Shown: piece by piece, positions 1 to 8,785 of the stretch
Position numbering within the stretch: the first letter of the stretch is position 1
How the letters are laid out: the number at the start of each line of letters is the position of its first letter
NCBI GenBank assembly: GCA_963762015.1
Contig: CAVXJL010000018.1
Coordinates: 14,996 to 78,995 of the forward strand
Reading direction: 5' to 3'
DNA: 64,000 nucleotides
Origin: an uncultured Actinomycetota bacterium
GTDB taxonomy: Bacteria > Actinomycetota > UBA4738 > HRBIN12
Made by a program: the position numbers and the translations under genes
The notes under the pieces: generated by a model
Databases searched by the model: none
What the model saw: only the letters and a program-made list of their open reading frames with translations
Told to the model about the DNA's origin: nothing

Positions 1-19
1 TTCGCGTAGCCTTGCTTCC

Positions 20-391
20 GTGGACATCGTCGGGCTCGGCGTGGACATCTGCGAGATCGCGCGCATGGAGCGCGCGATCTCACGGCACGCCACGCTCCGT
101 GACCGTGTCTTCACGCCGGAGGAGATCGCGTATTGCGACTCGAAGTCGAGGCCGGCGGAGTCCTTCGCGGGCCGCTTCGCGGCCCGCGAAGCGACCATCA
201 AGGCGCTCGGCGGCTATCGCGGACGCCGATGGCAGGACATCAGCGTCACCCGCCATCCTTCCGGCGCGCCCACGATCCGGCTCGACGGCAACGCGAAGCG
301 CCGCGCGGATGCGCTCGGCGTCACCGACGTGCTGATCTCGTTCACCCACGAGAGGACGAGCGCGGTGGCGTTCGCGATCGCGGTCCGATGA
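20..391 (+). CDS. acpS: holo-[acyl-carrier-protein] synthase (4'-phosphopantetheinyl transferase)
   Basis: GTG start at 20. Translation MDIVGLGVDICEIARM...FAAREATIKALGG is the typical AcpS N-terminus and core. The stop overlaps the next start (ATGA at 388-391). Confidence 0.85.
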   Translation: MDIVGLGVDICEIARMERAISRHATLRDRVFTPEEIAYCDSKSRPAESFAGRFAAREATIKALGGYRGRRWQDISVTRHPSGAPTIRLDGNAKRRADALGVTDVLISFTHERTSAVAFAIAVR

Positions 392-1920
392 AGCCCGTCC
401 TCACCCCTGCGGAAGCGTCGACGCTCGATCGCGAGACGCAGGAGCGGGGAGTCGAGGCGGAGGTCCTGATGGAGCGAGCCGGCCGCGCCGTGGCGCGGGC
501 GGCGCGCGACCTCGCCGGCGGGTCCTACGGCCGCCGGGCGGTCGTCGTGTGCGGCAAAGGCAACAACGGCGGGGACGGGCTGGTCGCCGCCCGGCACCTG
601 GGCCGAGCGGGTGTGCGAACGACCGTGGTCCTCCTGGAGGACCCGGGAGAGCTCCGAGAGCCTGCGGCCACGAACGCGCGCCGTCTCGAGGAGGTGCCCG
701 GCATCCGCCTGCGGACCTTCCACCAGGGACGCCTCCAGGGCGAGCTCGCTCGTGCGGACGTCGCCGTGGACGCGATCTTCGGCACGGGGTTCCGCGGCAT
801 GCCCGAAGACGACTGGGCGGCGGCGATCGCGAGTCTCAACGAGTCGGGCGTGCCGACCGTGGCCGTCGACATCCCCTCCGGCGTGAACGGGACGACCGGC
901 GTCGTCGAGGGCGAAGCGGTTCGCGCGCGGCTGACGGTGACGTTCGGCGCGGTGAAGCTCGGTGCGGTCCTGATGCCGGGTGCCGAGCACGCCGGCATCG
1001 TCCGGGTGGTCGACATCGGTTTCCCCGACGATCTTGTGCGTGCCCGCGCGTGGCTGACCGAGCCTTCGGACGTGGCCGCCTGGCTGCCGTCACGCGACCC
1101 GGATACGCACAAACGCGCTTCGGGCGTCCTCGTCGTGGTGGCGGCATCACGTGCGATGACCGGCGCGGCTCGGTTGATCGCGATGGCGGCCGGCCGGGTC
1201 GGCACCGGCCTGGTCACGGTGGCGGCTCCCGAGGGGGCGATGCCCCAGATCCAGGCCGGCCTCACCGAGCCCACGTTCCTACCCTTGCCGGAGACGGCCG
1301 AGGGCACCGTGTCGGCGGACGCGATCGAGCCGCTCCTCGAACGGCTGGAAGCCACCGATGCCCTCGCGATGGGCCCGGGTCTCACGACGAACGAGCAGAC
1401 GGTGGCATTCGTGCGAGAGACGGTGCGGCGCTCGCCCGTCCCGCTGATCCTCGATGCGGACGGCCTCAACGCCTTCACCGGCGACGGGGCGGCGTTGCAG
1501 GATCGTCAGGCCGATGCCGTCCTCACTCCCCATGTCGGTGAGTTCGCGCGCCTCACGGGCGTGAAGCCCCGCGACCTCGACGCCGACCGTCCCACGCACG
1601 TTCGGGCCCTGGCGGAGCAGACCGGCGCCGTCACCTTGCTGAAAGGGAGTCGAACCGTGATCGCCCAGCCGGGCGGGCGGCTCTTCGTCAACGCGACCGG
1701 CTCGCCCGCCCTCGCGACCGCGGGGACCGGCGACGTTCTCACGGGGATGATCGGCGGGCTACTCGCGCGTGGCCTCCCTCCGCTCGAGTCGGCCGCCGCC
1801 GCCGCCTACCTCCACGGGCTGGCGGGAGTGTTCGCGGGGAGGGACCTGGCCGAAGGGGCGCTCGCAGGCGACGTGCTGGAGCGGATCCCCGAAGCGATCG
1901 CGCAGGTGGAGGGCGGGTGA
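388..1920 (+). CDS. nnr: bifunctional NAD(P)H-hydrate repair enzyme (epimerase / ADP-dependent dehydratase)
   Basis: Track ORF 133..1920 trimmed to ATG 388 (MKPVLTPAEAS). N-terminal YjeF_N motif CGKGNNGGDG and C-terminal carbohydrate-kinase motif GTGDVLTGMIGG. Confidence 0.85.
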   Translation: MKPVLTPAEASTLDRETQERGVEAEVLMERAGRAVARAARDLAGGSYGRRAVVVCGKGNNGGDGLVAARHLGRAGVRTTVVLLEDPGELREPAATNARRLEEVPGIRLRTFHQGRLQGELARADVAVDAIFGTGFRGMPEDDWAAAIASLNESGVPTVAVDIPSGVNGTTGVVEGEAVRARLTVTFGAVKLGAVLMPGAEHAGIVRVVDIGFPDDLVRARAWLTEPSDVAAWLPSRDPDTHKRASGVLVVVAASRAMTGAARLIAMAAGRVGTGLVTVAAPEGAMPQIQAGLTEPTFLPLPETAEGTVSADAIEPLLERLEATDALAMGPGLTTNEQTVAFVRETVRRSPVPLILDADGLNAFTGDGAALQDRQADAVLTPHVGEFARLTGVKPRDLDADRPTHVRALAEQTGAVTLLKGSRTVIAQPGGRLFVNATGSPALATAGTGDVLTGMIGGLLARGLPPLESAAAAAYLHGLAGVFAGRDLAEGALAGDVLERIPEAIAQVEGG

Positions 1921-3014
1921 ACGAGGCGTATCGACCCACCTGGGTCGAGGTGGACCTGGAGGCGATCCGCGACAACGCCCGGATCCTGAAGCCCGAGAAC
2001 GCCGAGCTGATGGCGATCGTGAAGGCGAACGGCTACGGCCACGGCGCCGTCGAGGTAGCCCGAGCCGCGATCGAAGCGGGCGCCACGTGGATGGGCGTGG
2101 CCCTGGTCGAGGAAGGACTGGAGCTCCGCGCCGCGGGGATCGAGGCGCCGATCCTCGTGCTGTCGGAGCTCCCCGCCGGTTCCGAGGCGGTCGCGCTGGC
2201 TCATCGACTCACGCCCACGCTGTATTCCGGGGCGGGTCTCGAACGTCTCTCGGCGGCAGTGCGGGGCTCCGTGCCCGTCCACGTGAAGATCGACACGGGA
2301 ATGCATCGCGTCGGGGTCTGGCCGCCCGAGGAGGCGCCCGCGTTCGCCGGCCGTGTGCAGGAGGCGGGGCTCGAGGTCGAGGGAGTCTTCACACACTTCG
2401 CGCGTTCCGAGGAGGACGAGGTGACGACGAAGGAGCAGCTCGGCCTCTTCCTCGAGTCGGCCGAGGCGATCAGGTCCGAGGGCGTCACGCCGCGGCTCCT
2501 GCACGCGGCCAACTCGGGCGCGACGATCCTGCACCCCGAGTCCCACCTCGACCTCGTCCGACCGGGGATCGCGTTGTACGGGATCGAGCCCGCGCCCGGC
2601 ATCGGCTCCCATCTAGGTCTGCGGCCGGCGCTCACCTGGCGGAGCCAGGCGAGCGCCGTGAAACGGTTGGCCGCCGGTGAAGCGATCTCCTACGGACACC
2701 GGTACCGGCTCGAGCGAGACGCATGGGTGGCCACCGTGCCGGTCGGCTACGCGGACGGCTACCCTCGGCAGCTGACGAACGTGGGAGAGGTCCTGATCGG
2801 CGGGCGCCGCTGCAGGGTGGCGGGAACGGTCACGATGGATCAGCTCGTCGTGGACTGCGGAGACGGGGAGGTTCGGATCGGCGATGACGTCGTGCTGATC
2901 GGGAGCCAGGGGAGTGAGACGATCGGCGCGGATGCACTCGGCCGACTGTTCGGGACGATCGGATACGAGATCGTGAGCAGGATCGGCGAACGCGTCCCGA
3001 GGCGATACGCATGA
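1917..3014 (+). CDS. alr: alanine racemase
   Basis: 365 aa. N-terminus WVEVDLEAIRDNARILK...AIVKANGYGHGA contains the PLP-lysine motif of Alr. GTGA overlap with nnr. Confidence 0.9.
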   Translation: MNEAYRPTWVEVDLEAIRDNARILKPENAELMAIVKANGYGHGAVEVARAAIEAGATWMGVALVEEGLELRAAGIEAPILVLSELPAGSEAVALAHRLTPTLYSGAGLERLSAAVRGSVPVHVKIDTGMHRVGVWPPEEAPAFAGRVQEAGLEVEGVFTHFARSEEDEVTTKEQLGLFLESAEAIRSEGVTPRLLHAANSGATILHPESHLDLVRPGIALYGIEPAPGIGSHLGLRPALTWRSQASAVKRLAAGEAISYGHRYRLERDAWVATVPVGYADGYPRQLTNVGEVLIGGRRCRVAGTVTMDQLVVDCGDGEVRIGDDVVLIGSQGSETIGADALGRLFGTIGYEIVSRIGERVPRRYA

Positions 3015-4069
3015 CCAAGCGGATGGCGACCACGCCTACGAAAGTCGCGGTGGGCGCCATCGCCGCAGCCGGAGCCGTCGCCGCCGGCGTCGCGGGGCGA
3101 GCGCTCTGGCGCCGCCGTCGTCCGGCCGACGGCAGTGGCACGTGGGCTCCGCCGCCGGAGGACCTCGGGCCGGTCGAGGCGTTCGACGGGACCGAGCTCG
3201 CCGTGCGCGCGGCCGGACCACCCGATGCTCCGCTCCTGCTGTTCTCACACGGGTTCAGCCTCGACATGACGACGTGGCGGGAGCAGTGGTCCGACCTCGG
3301 GGACGAGTTCCGCTGCGTTGCGCTCGATCACCGCGCGCATGGCCGGACCGAGGTGCCTGCGAGCGGCGACGTGACGCTACGGTCGATGGGCCGCGATCTG
3401 GCGACGGTGCTGGACACGGTCGCACAGGATCGACGCGCCGTCCTCGTGGGTCACTCGATGGGCGCGATGGCCATCCTCGCGCTCGCCGAGCAGCGCCCGG
3501 ATCTCTTCGGTGACCGGATCGCCGGGGTGGTGCTCCTCGGCGCGTCGGCGTCGGACCTGCTGCGAGGCGCGCTGGGCGGGGTGACCGACATCCTGCGGCC
3601 GCGGCTCGGGTCCCTCGCCACCGCCGCCCGCCGCGTGGATCGCCTCCGCAAGGCGATCCTCGCGGGCCCCGGGGACGTGTCTGCGATCGTCGCCCGCGTG
3701 ACGCAGTTCGCCCCCGAGGCGCCCGACGACGTCGTGCATCACGTGCTGCACCTGGCGGAACGCGCGTCATCCGTCGTCTGGACGGACGGCCTCTCGGAGC
3801 TGATCGGGATGGATTTCCGACACGCACTGCCGCGGATCACGGTGCCCGCACTCGTCGCAGTGGGAGATCAAGACCGCGTCACGCCCCCTGCCGCCGCCGT
3901 CGAGCTCGCCGCGGCGCTCCCGGAGGGGAGGCTGTTCATCGTCGAAGGAGCGGGCCACATCGCGATGCTGGAGAGGCCCGAACGGCTCAACCCGGAGCTC
4001 CGGTCCTTCGCCCGGGGGGCGTTGGCCCTCGAGAAGCCGCAGGTCCGCAAGAAGAAGGGGGCTGCGTGA
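3011..4069 (+). CDS. alpha/beta-fold hydrolase
   Basis: 352 aa. HGFSLD oxyanion region and nucleophile elbow GHSMGAM; C-terminal His region [16 protein letters not shown] overlap with alr. Confidence 0.7.
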   Translation: MTKRMATTPTKVAVGAIAAAGAVAAGVAGRALWRRRRPADGSGTWAPPPEDLGPVEAFDGTELAVRAAGPPDAPLLLFSHGFSLDMTTWREQWSDLGDEFRCVALDHRAHGRTEVPASGDVTLRSMGRDLATVLDTVAQDRRAVLVGHSMGAMAILALAEQRPDLFGDRIAGVVLLGASASDLLRGALGGVTDILRPRLGSLATAARRVDRLRKAILAGPGDVSAIVARVTQFAPEAPDDVVHHVLHLAERASSVVWTDGLSELIGMDFRHALPRITVPALVAVGDQDRVTPPAAAVELAAALPEGRLFIVEGAGHIAMLERPERLNPELRSFARGALALEKPQVRKKKGAA

Positions 4070-4749
4070 CCCGAACGCTGGCCGCCGTCGCCCTCGAGGC
4101 GGCCGACTGCACCAAGTGCCGACTGGCGAACGGTCGAACACAGGTGGTCTTCGGCGTGGGGAACGCGGACGCAGACCTGATGTTCATCGGGGAGGCGCCG
4201 GGCTTCCACGAGGACAAACAGGGCGAACCGTTCGTCGGGGCCGCCGGCCAGCTGCTCACACGGATGCTGGATGAGGTGCTTGCCCTCGACCGCGGGGATG
4301 TCTATATCTGCAACGTCCTGAAATGCCGGCCACCGGGGAACCGCGACCCGCAAGAGGACGAGATCGAGTCCTGCACGCCGTGGCTCGTCGAGCAGGTGTC
4401 CCTGATCCAGCCCAAGGTCCTCGTCACGCTCGGCAACTTCGCGACGAAGTTCGTCCTCCAGACCGCGCAGGGGATCACGCGGATGCGCGGGAGTACCTAC
4501 CCGTGGCATGGCCGGACCGTGATCCCGACGTTCCATCCGGCCGCGATCCTGCGGAGCGGCGGAGAGTCCTCACGCCAGTTCCTCGAGCTCAGGGATGACT
4601 TCGAACTCGTCCGGGGGACGCTCGCCACCCTCGATCGCCCGCATGAGCCCGACCCCGGGGCGACGGCGGAAGCGGCTGCCCCTCAGCCCGAACCCGTGAT
4701 CGTGCCGGAGGCGGAACCGGTTCCCGAGGAGCAGCTCGAGCTGTTCTGA
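4066..4749 (+). CDS. uracil-DNA glycosylase, family 4 (Fe-S type)
   Basis: 227 aa. CTKCRL...[38 protein letters not shown] is the family-4 UDG signature (GEAPG, Cys cluster). Confidence 0.8.
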   Translation: MTRTLAAVALEAADCTKCRLANGRTQVVFGVGNADADLMFIGEAPGFHEDKQGEPFVGAAGQLLTRMLDEVLALDRGDVYICNVLKCRPPGNRDPQEDEIESCTPWLVEQVSLIQPKVLVTLGNFATKFVLQTAQGITRMRGSTYPWHGRTVIPTFHPAAILRSGGESSRQFLELRDDFELVRGTLATLDRPHEPDPGATAEAAAPQPEPVIVPEAEPVPEEQLELF

Positions 4750-4751
4750 CC

Positions 4752-5273
4752 ATGGACATCGAGATCGAGACGGAGAACGCCGAGCGGACACGCGAGGTCG
4801 GTCAGGCACTCGCATCGCTGCTTCAGCCGCGGGACACGGTGGTGCTGACGGGGGACCTCGGCGCCGGCAAGACCACACTCGTCCAGGGGATCGGACGCGG
4901 CCTCGGCGTGGAGGATCACGTCGCCTCCCCGACGTTCACGCTCGTTCGCGAATACTCGGGTCGCCTCGACGTGGCGCACGTCGACGTCTACCGCCTGGAG
5001 CGGGTCCAAGACGTCGTCGATCTGGCTTTGGACGAGCTAGGCGGCCCCGACCGGGTGCTCCTGGTCGAGTGGGGGGATGCCGTGTCCGACCTCCTCCCCG
5101 AGGACAGGCTCCGCGTGGAGCTCACGACGGCGCGGGCCGACGCCGACACCCGCCGGATCGTGATGGCGCCGCAGGGAGGGTCCTGGGCAGGTCGATGGGA
5201 GCGCCTGGAACACGCGCTCGAGCCGTTCCGACGCGGCAACGGTGATCGCGCGCCCGGCGGAGCAGGCCGATGA
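4752..5273 (+). CDS. tsaE: tRNA t6A37 biosynthesis ATPase TsaE
   Basis: 173 aa with Walker A GDLGAGKTTLVQGI and SPTFTLVREY, typical of TsaE/YjeE. Lies in a tsaE-tsaB-rimI-tsaD operon context. Confidence 0.85.
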   Translation: MDIEIETENAERTREVGQALASLLQPRDTVVLTGDLGAGKTTLVQGIGRGLGVEDHVASPTFTLVREYSGRLDVAHVDVYRLERVQDVVDLALDELGGPDRVLLVEWGDAVSDLLPEDRLRVELTTARADADTRRIVMAPQGGSWAGRWERLEHALEPFRRGNGDRAPGGAGR

Positions 5274-5977
5274 TCGTCGTCGGGATCGAGACGTCGACGC
5301 CGCAGACCTCCGTCGCGATCGGGACGGAGCGGGAGATGCTCGGGATGGTCTCCGTGGCGGGGAAGGCTCGGCAGGAAGCGGTGACACCTGCCCTCGACCA
5401 GCTGTGTCGCTGGACGGGGATCGAGCTGTCCCAGGTCGGCGGGATCGCGGTCGGGATCGGCCCCGGCCTGTTCACCGGTCTCCGGGTGGGCATCGAGACC
5501 GCGAAGACGCTGGCGCAGGTGCTCGCGGTGCCGATCGTCGGGATCACCAGCCTCGACGCGCTCGCCTTCTCGGTCCGCCATACCCACAAGCTGATCGTCG
5601 CGGTGATCGACGGCCGGCGAGGCGAGGTGTTCTTCGCCATCTATCGTGCGCTCCCGGGCGGCGTGGTGAGGGGGAGCGAGTACTCGGTGGGGACGCCCGA
5701 CCACCTCAGCGCCGAGCTCGAAACCCTGCCGGAGGAGGTGCTTGCGGTCGGAGACGGTGCCATCCTGTACCGGAGCCAGCTCGAGGAGTTGGGGAGCCGG
5801 GTCGAGTTCGCCTCGACGATCCGGGCGCATCCGGAGGCCGCTTCACTGGTGGAGCTCGCGGTCCCGCGGTTCCTCCGTGAGGAGCACGACCGGCTGCACG
5901 ACGTGGTGCCGATGTACCTGAGGAGATCGGATGCGGAGATCGCGTGGGACAACAGGGAGCGAAGCGCCGGCGCTTGA
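5270..5977 (+). CDS. tsaB: tRNA t6A37 biosynthesis protein TsaB
   Basis: 235 aa. MIVVGIETSTPQTSVAI...GIGPGLFTGLRVG is the Kae1/TsaD-like inactive paralogue signature. ATGA overlap with tsaE. Confidence 0.8.
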   Translation: MIVVGIETSTPQTSVAIGTEREMLGMVSVAGKARQEAVTPALDQLCRWTGIELSQVGGIAVGIGPGLFTGLRVGIETAKTLAQVLAVPIVGITSLDALAFSVRHTHKLIVAVIDGRRGEVFFAIYRALPGGVVRGSEYSVGTPDHLSAELETLPEEVLAVGDGAILYRSQLEELGSRVEFASTIRAHPEAASLVELAVPRFLREEHDRLHDVVPMYLRRSDAEIAWDNRERSAGA

Positions 5978-5987
5978 GGTCACGCGC

Positions 5988-6482
5988 ATGCGCCGGCGAC
6001 ACCTGCGCGGCGTCATGGCGATCGAGCGGCAGGTGTACGCACGACCGTGGAGTCCCAACCTCTTCGCCGCGGAGATCACCGACCCGAACAACCGTTGCTA
6101 CCTCGTGGCTCGCGTCCACAAGGAGGTCGTCGGGTACGGCGGCCTGATCTGCTACGGCGACGAGGCCCACATCACCAACGTCGCCGTGGATCCGATGCAC
6201 CAGGGTCACGGGATCGCGACACGCCTGATGGCGGAGCTGATCCCGCAAGCGATCGAGATGGGCGCGCGGGCCGTGTCCCTCGAGGTCCGGGTGACGAACT
6301 GGGGGGCCCAGCGGATCTACGCACGCTTCGGCTTCCGGCCGGTCGGGATCCGGCGGAATTACTACCAAGAGGTGAGCGAGGACGCGCTGATCATGTGGAC
6401 CGACGACGTGAGGACCGCGGCGTACCGGGGACGCCTGGACGAGATCGAGGAGACCCTTCCCCAGGGCGTGCGCCCCGCGTGA
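5988..6482 (+). CDS. rimI: ribosomal-protein-alanine N-acetyltransferase (GNAT)
   Basis: Track ORF 5931..6482 trimmed to ATG 5988, just after the tsaB stop. GNAT acetyl-CoA motif VDPMHQGHGIATRLM. Canonical position between tsaB and tsaD. Confidence 0.75.
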   Translation: MRRRHLRGVMAIERQVYARPWSPNLFAAEITDPNNRCYLVARVHKEVVGYGGLICYGDEAHITNVAVDPMHQGHGIATRLMAELIPQAIEMGARAVSLEVRVTNWGAQRIYARFGFRPVGIRRNYYQEVSEDALIMWTDDVRTAAYRGRLDEIEETLPQGVRPA

Positions 6483-7486
6483 TCACCCTCGGCATCGAGA
6501 CATCGTGCGACGAGACGGCCGTGGCGGTCGTGGAGGACACGTTCCACGTCAGGACGAACCTGATCGCTCGCCAGGAGCACCTGCACGAACGCTACGGGGG
6601 GGTCGTTCCCGAGGTCGCGGCGAGGGCGCACGTGGAGTCGTTGAACCCCCTGCTGGAGCAGGCCCTGCGAGAGGCCGACGTCTCGTTCCGGACCATCGAC
6701 GGGGTCGCCGTCACCGTTGGCCCGGGGCTCGTCGGCGCCCTCCTGGTCGGGATGGCGGCGGCGAAGGCCGTTTCCCTGGCTGCCCGGATCCCCCTGATCG
6801 GCGTGAACCATCTGGAGGGCCACATCTGGGCGAACTTCCTGGAGCACGGGACACCGGATCCTCCTTACGTGGCCCTGGTGGTCTCGGGCGGCCACACGAT
6901 GCTCGTGCACATGCCGGAGGTGCATCGATACGAGCTGCTCGGGCAGACCCTCGACGACGCGGCCGGGGAGGCATTCGACAAGGTCGCGAGACTCCTCGGC
7001 CTCGGATTCCCCGGCGGCCCCGCCCTCGACGCGATGGCGGCAGAGGGCGATCCCACCGCCATCCGGTTCCCGAGGGCGATGGAGAGCTCGGGCGATCTCG
7101 ACTTCTCGATGAGCGGGCTGAAGACGGCGGTCCTTCGATACCTGCGAGCCGAGCAGGCGGCCGGCCACGACGTCTCCCTGCCCGACGTGGCCGCGTCGTT
7201 CCAGGAAGCGATCGTGGACGTGCAGGTTTCGAAGACGATCGCGGCGGCGAAAGGTCGCGGAGTGGACACGGTCCTCCTCGGTGGCGGAGTCGTGGCGAAC
7301 ACACGCCTGCGCGACCGGATGAGCGAGGCGGGAACGTCCGAGGGTCTGCGGGTCCTCTATCCGTCGTTCGAGTTGTGCACGGACAACGCGGCCATGATCG
7401 CGGCGGTCGGAGCGGCCAGGCTCGCTCGGGGAGAACGGTCCTCGCTGGACATCGCCGCAGACCCCAACCTAAGGTTGGCGTCGTGA
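6479..7486 (+). CDS. tsaD: tRNA N6-adenosine threonylcarbamoyltransferase TsaD
   Basis: Track ORF 6047..7486 trimmed to GTG 6479 (GTGA overlap with rimI). VITLGIETSCDETAVAVV...HLEGHI...VSGGHT are TsaD/Kae1 signatures. Confidence 0.9.
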   Translation: MITLGIETSCDETAVAVVEDTFHVRTNLIARQEHLHERYGGVVPEVAARAHVESLNPLLEQALREADVSFRTIDGVAVTVGPGLVGALLVGMAAAKAVSLAARIPLIGVNHLEGHIWANFLEHGTPDPPYVALVVSGGHTMLVHMPEVHRYELLGQTLDDAAGEAFDKVARLLGLGFPGGPALDAMAAEGDPTAIRFPRAMESSGDLDFSMSGLKTAVLRYLRAEQAAGHDVSLPDVAASFQEAIVDVQVSKTIAAAKGRGVDTVLLGGGVVANTRLRDRMSEAGTSEGLRVLYPSFELCTDNAAMIAAVGAARLARGERSSLDIAADPNLRLAS

Positions 7487-8427
7487 CGTCCGTCCTGGTG
7501 ACCGGGGGCGCCGGGTTCATCGGCTCGCAACTCGGAGAACGCTTGCTCGCGGAAGGTCATCGTGTCGTGTCCGTCGACGACCTGACGACCGGGAAGATCG
7601 CGAACCTCGTCGAGGCGCGCGGCTACGGCAAGGAGTTCTCGTTCTTCAACATGGACGTGCGCGCCGACGGTCTGGCGTCGCTGTTCGAACGGCACCGGCC
7701 CGAGGTCGTGTTCCATCTCGCGGCGCAGGCGGGCGTTCGGCCATCGCTGGACGATCCGGTTCACGACGCGAGCGTCAACATCATGGGGCTGCTGAACGTG
7801 CTGGAAGCCGCCGTGCACGTCGGCGCCCGCAAGGTGATCTATGCGGCGAGCGGCGGCACGATGTATGGGGAACCCCGCCGGCTTCCTACCAAAGAGACTG
7901 CCGCGCAGGGCTCCCGGCCCCTATCTCCCTACGGCGTGTCGAAGAAGGTGGCCCTCGACTACCTGGCGTACTTCCAGCGATACCGGGGGCTGGACTACAC
8001 GGCTCTCGGGCTCGCGAACGTGTACGGACCCCGGCAGGATCCGCTCGGCGAAGCGGGTGTGGTCGCCATCTTCACGGCGAAGATGCTGACGGGCGAGGCG
8101 CCCACGATCTTCGGCGACGGCAACCAGACCCGCGACTTCGTCTTCATCGACGACACGGTGCACGCCTTCGTCCAGGCGATCGATCGGGGATCCGGCAAGC
8201 TCGTGAACATCGGCACCGGGCTGGAGACGAGCGTGAATCACATCTACAAGGTGCTCGCCGAGCTCACCGGGTTCGCGGGGGAGCCGGAGCACGCGCCCCA
8301 GTCTCAGGCGGAGCTGCGGAGGATGGCGCTGGACATCTCGGCCGCGACGTCGGCGATCGCCTGGAAACCGTGGACACACCTCGAGGACGGTCTTGCGGAG
8401 ACGGTTGCGTACCTGAAGGGGGTCTGA
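7483..8427 (+). CDS. NAD-dependent nucleotide-sugar epimerase/dehydratase (GalE-like SDR)
   Basis: Track ORF 6505..8427 trimmed to GTG 7483. Rossmann motif VLVTGGAGFIGSQL and catalytic SPYGVSKKV (YxxxK). Confidence 0.8.
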   Translation: MTSVLVTGGAGFIGSQLGERLLAEGHRVVSVDDLTTGKIANLVEARGYGKEFSFFNMDVRADGLASLFERHRPEVVFHLAAQAGVRPSLDDPVHDASVNIMGLLNVLEAAVHVGARKVIYAASGGTMYGEPRRLPTKETAAQGSRPLSPYGVSKKVALDYLAYFQRYRGLDYTALGLANVYGPRQDPLGEAGVVAIFTAKMLTGEAPTIFGDGNQTRDFVFIDDTVHAFVQAIDRGSGKLVNIGTGLETSVNHIYKVLAELTGFAGEPEHAPQSQAELRRMALDISAATSAIAWKPWTHLEDGLAETVAYLKGV

Positions 8428-8475
8428 CTCACGAGAGGAGAATCCGGATACCCCCGGATGGCCTAGGCCGCTTGT

Positions 8476-8505
8476 TTGACGACCATCCCCCGCATGGGCT
8501 ACCGT
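8476..8505 (+). promoter_or_regulatory. candidate sigma-70-type promoter for the lasso precursor
   Basis: TTGACG (8476-8481), 18-nt spacer, TACCGT (8500-8505, fits TANNNT), about 37 nt upstream of the precursor ATG. Pattern match only. Confidence 0.3.
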
Positions 8506-8541
8506 GCCTGTTGAGGGAAGCGAGCGACCTGAGGAGGGTAG

Positions 8542-8703
8542 ATGACGTACGAATCCCCCCGGATCATCGATTTCGGGTCGATCCAGGCCCATACCTTCAC
8601 CAACACGGGACAGGTTCCGGGAGTTGGTCCGAAGGGCAAGGACTGGCGCGATTGCGCGTGGGACAAGTTCAACGAAGAGTCCTGCGGGGAGCACGTCTCC
8701 TGA
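8542..8703 (+). CDS. lasso peptide precursor (53 aa), not in supplied ORF track
   Basis: ATG 8542 preceded by GAGGAGGG (8531-8538); TGA at 8701-8703. Translation: MTYESPRIIDFGSIQAHTFTNTGQVPGVGPKGKDWRDCAWDKFNEESCGEHVS. The leader fits YxxPxLx3Gx5Tx. It lies directly upstream of the cyclase gene. Confidence 0.7.
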   Translation: MTYESPRIIDFGSIQAHTFTNTGQVPGVGPKGKDWRDCAWDKFNEESCGEHVS

Positions 8704-8721
8704 CGGTTCACCTTGAACGGC

Positions 8722-8751
8722 GAAAGGCGCAGCCCTGCGGCTGCGCCTTTC
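8722..8751 (+). terminator. GC-rich hairpin between precursor and cyclase (attenuator/partial terminator)
   Basis: GAAAGGCGCAGC (8722-8733), 6-nt loop, GCTGCGCCTTTC (8740-8751): a perfect 12-bp stem ending in TTTC, 19 nt after the precursor stop. Confidence 0.5.
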
Positions 8752-8785
8752 GTATGAGCTAGGTCACCCACGAGCGTCGATCGCC

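Noticed and set aside
133-387. 5' extensions of track ORFs (133..1920, 6047..7486, 6505..8427, 41255..42109, 52417..53802, 59927..62092, 27228..29720, 36998..37882)
   Set aside because: In each case the extension overlaps the preceding well-supported gene in another frame. An internal start with a 4-nt overlap or a good RBS coincides with the beginning of family-typical sequence.
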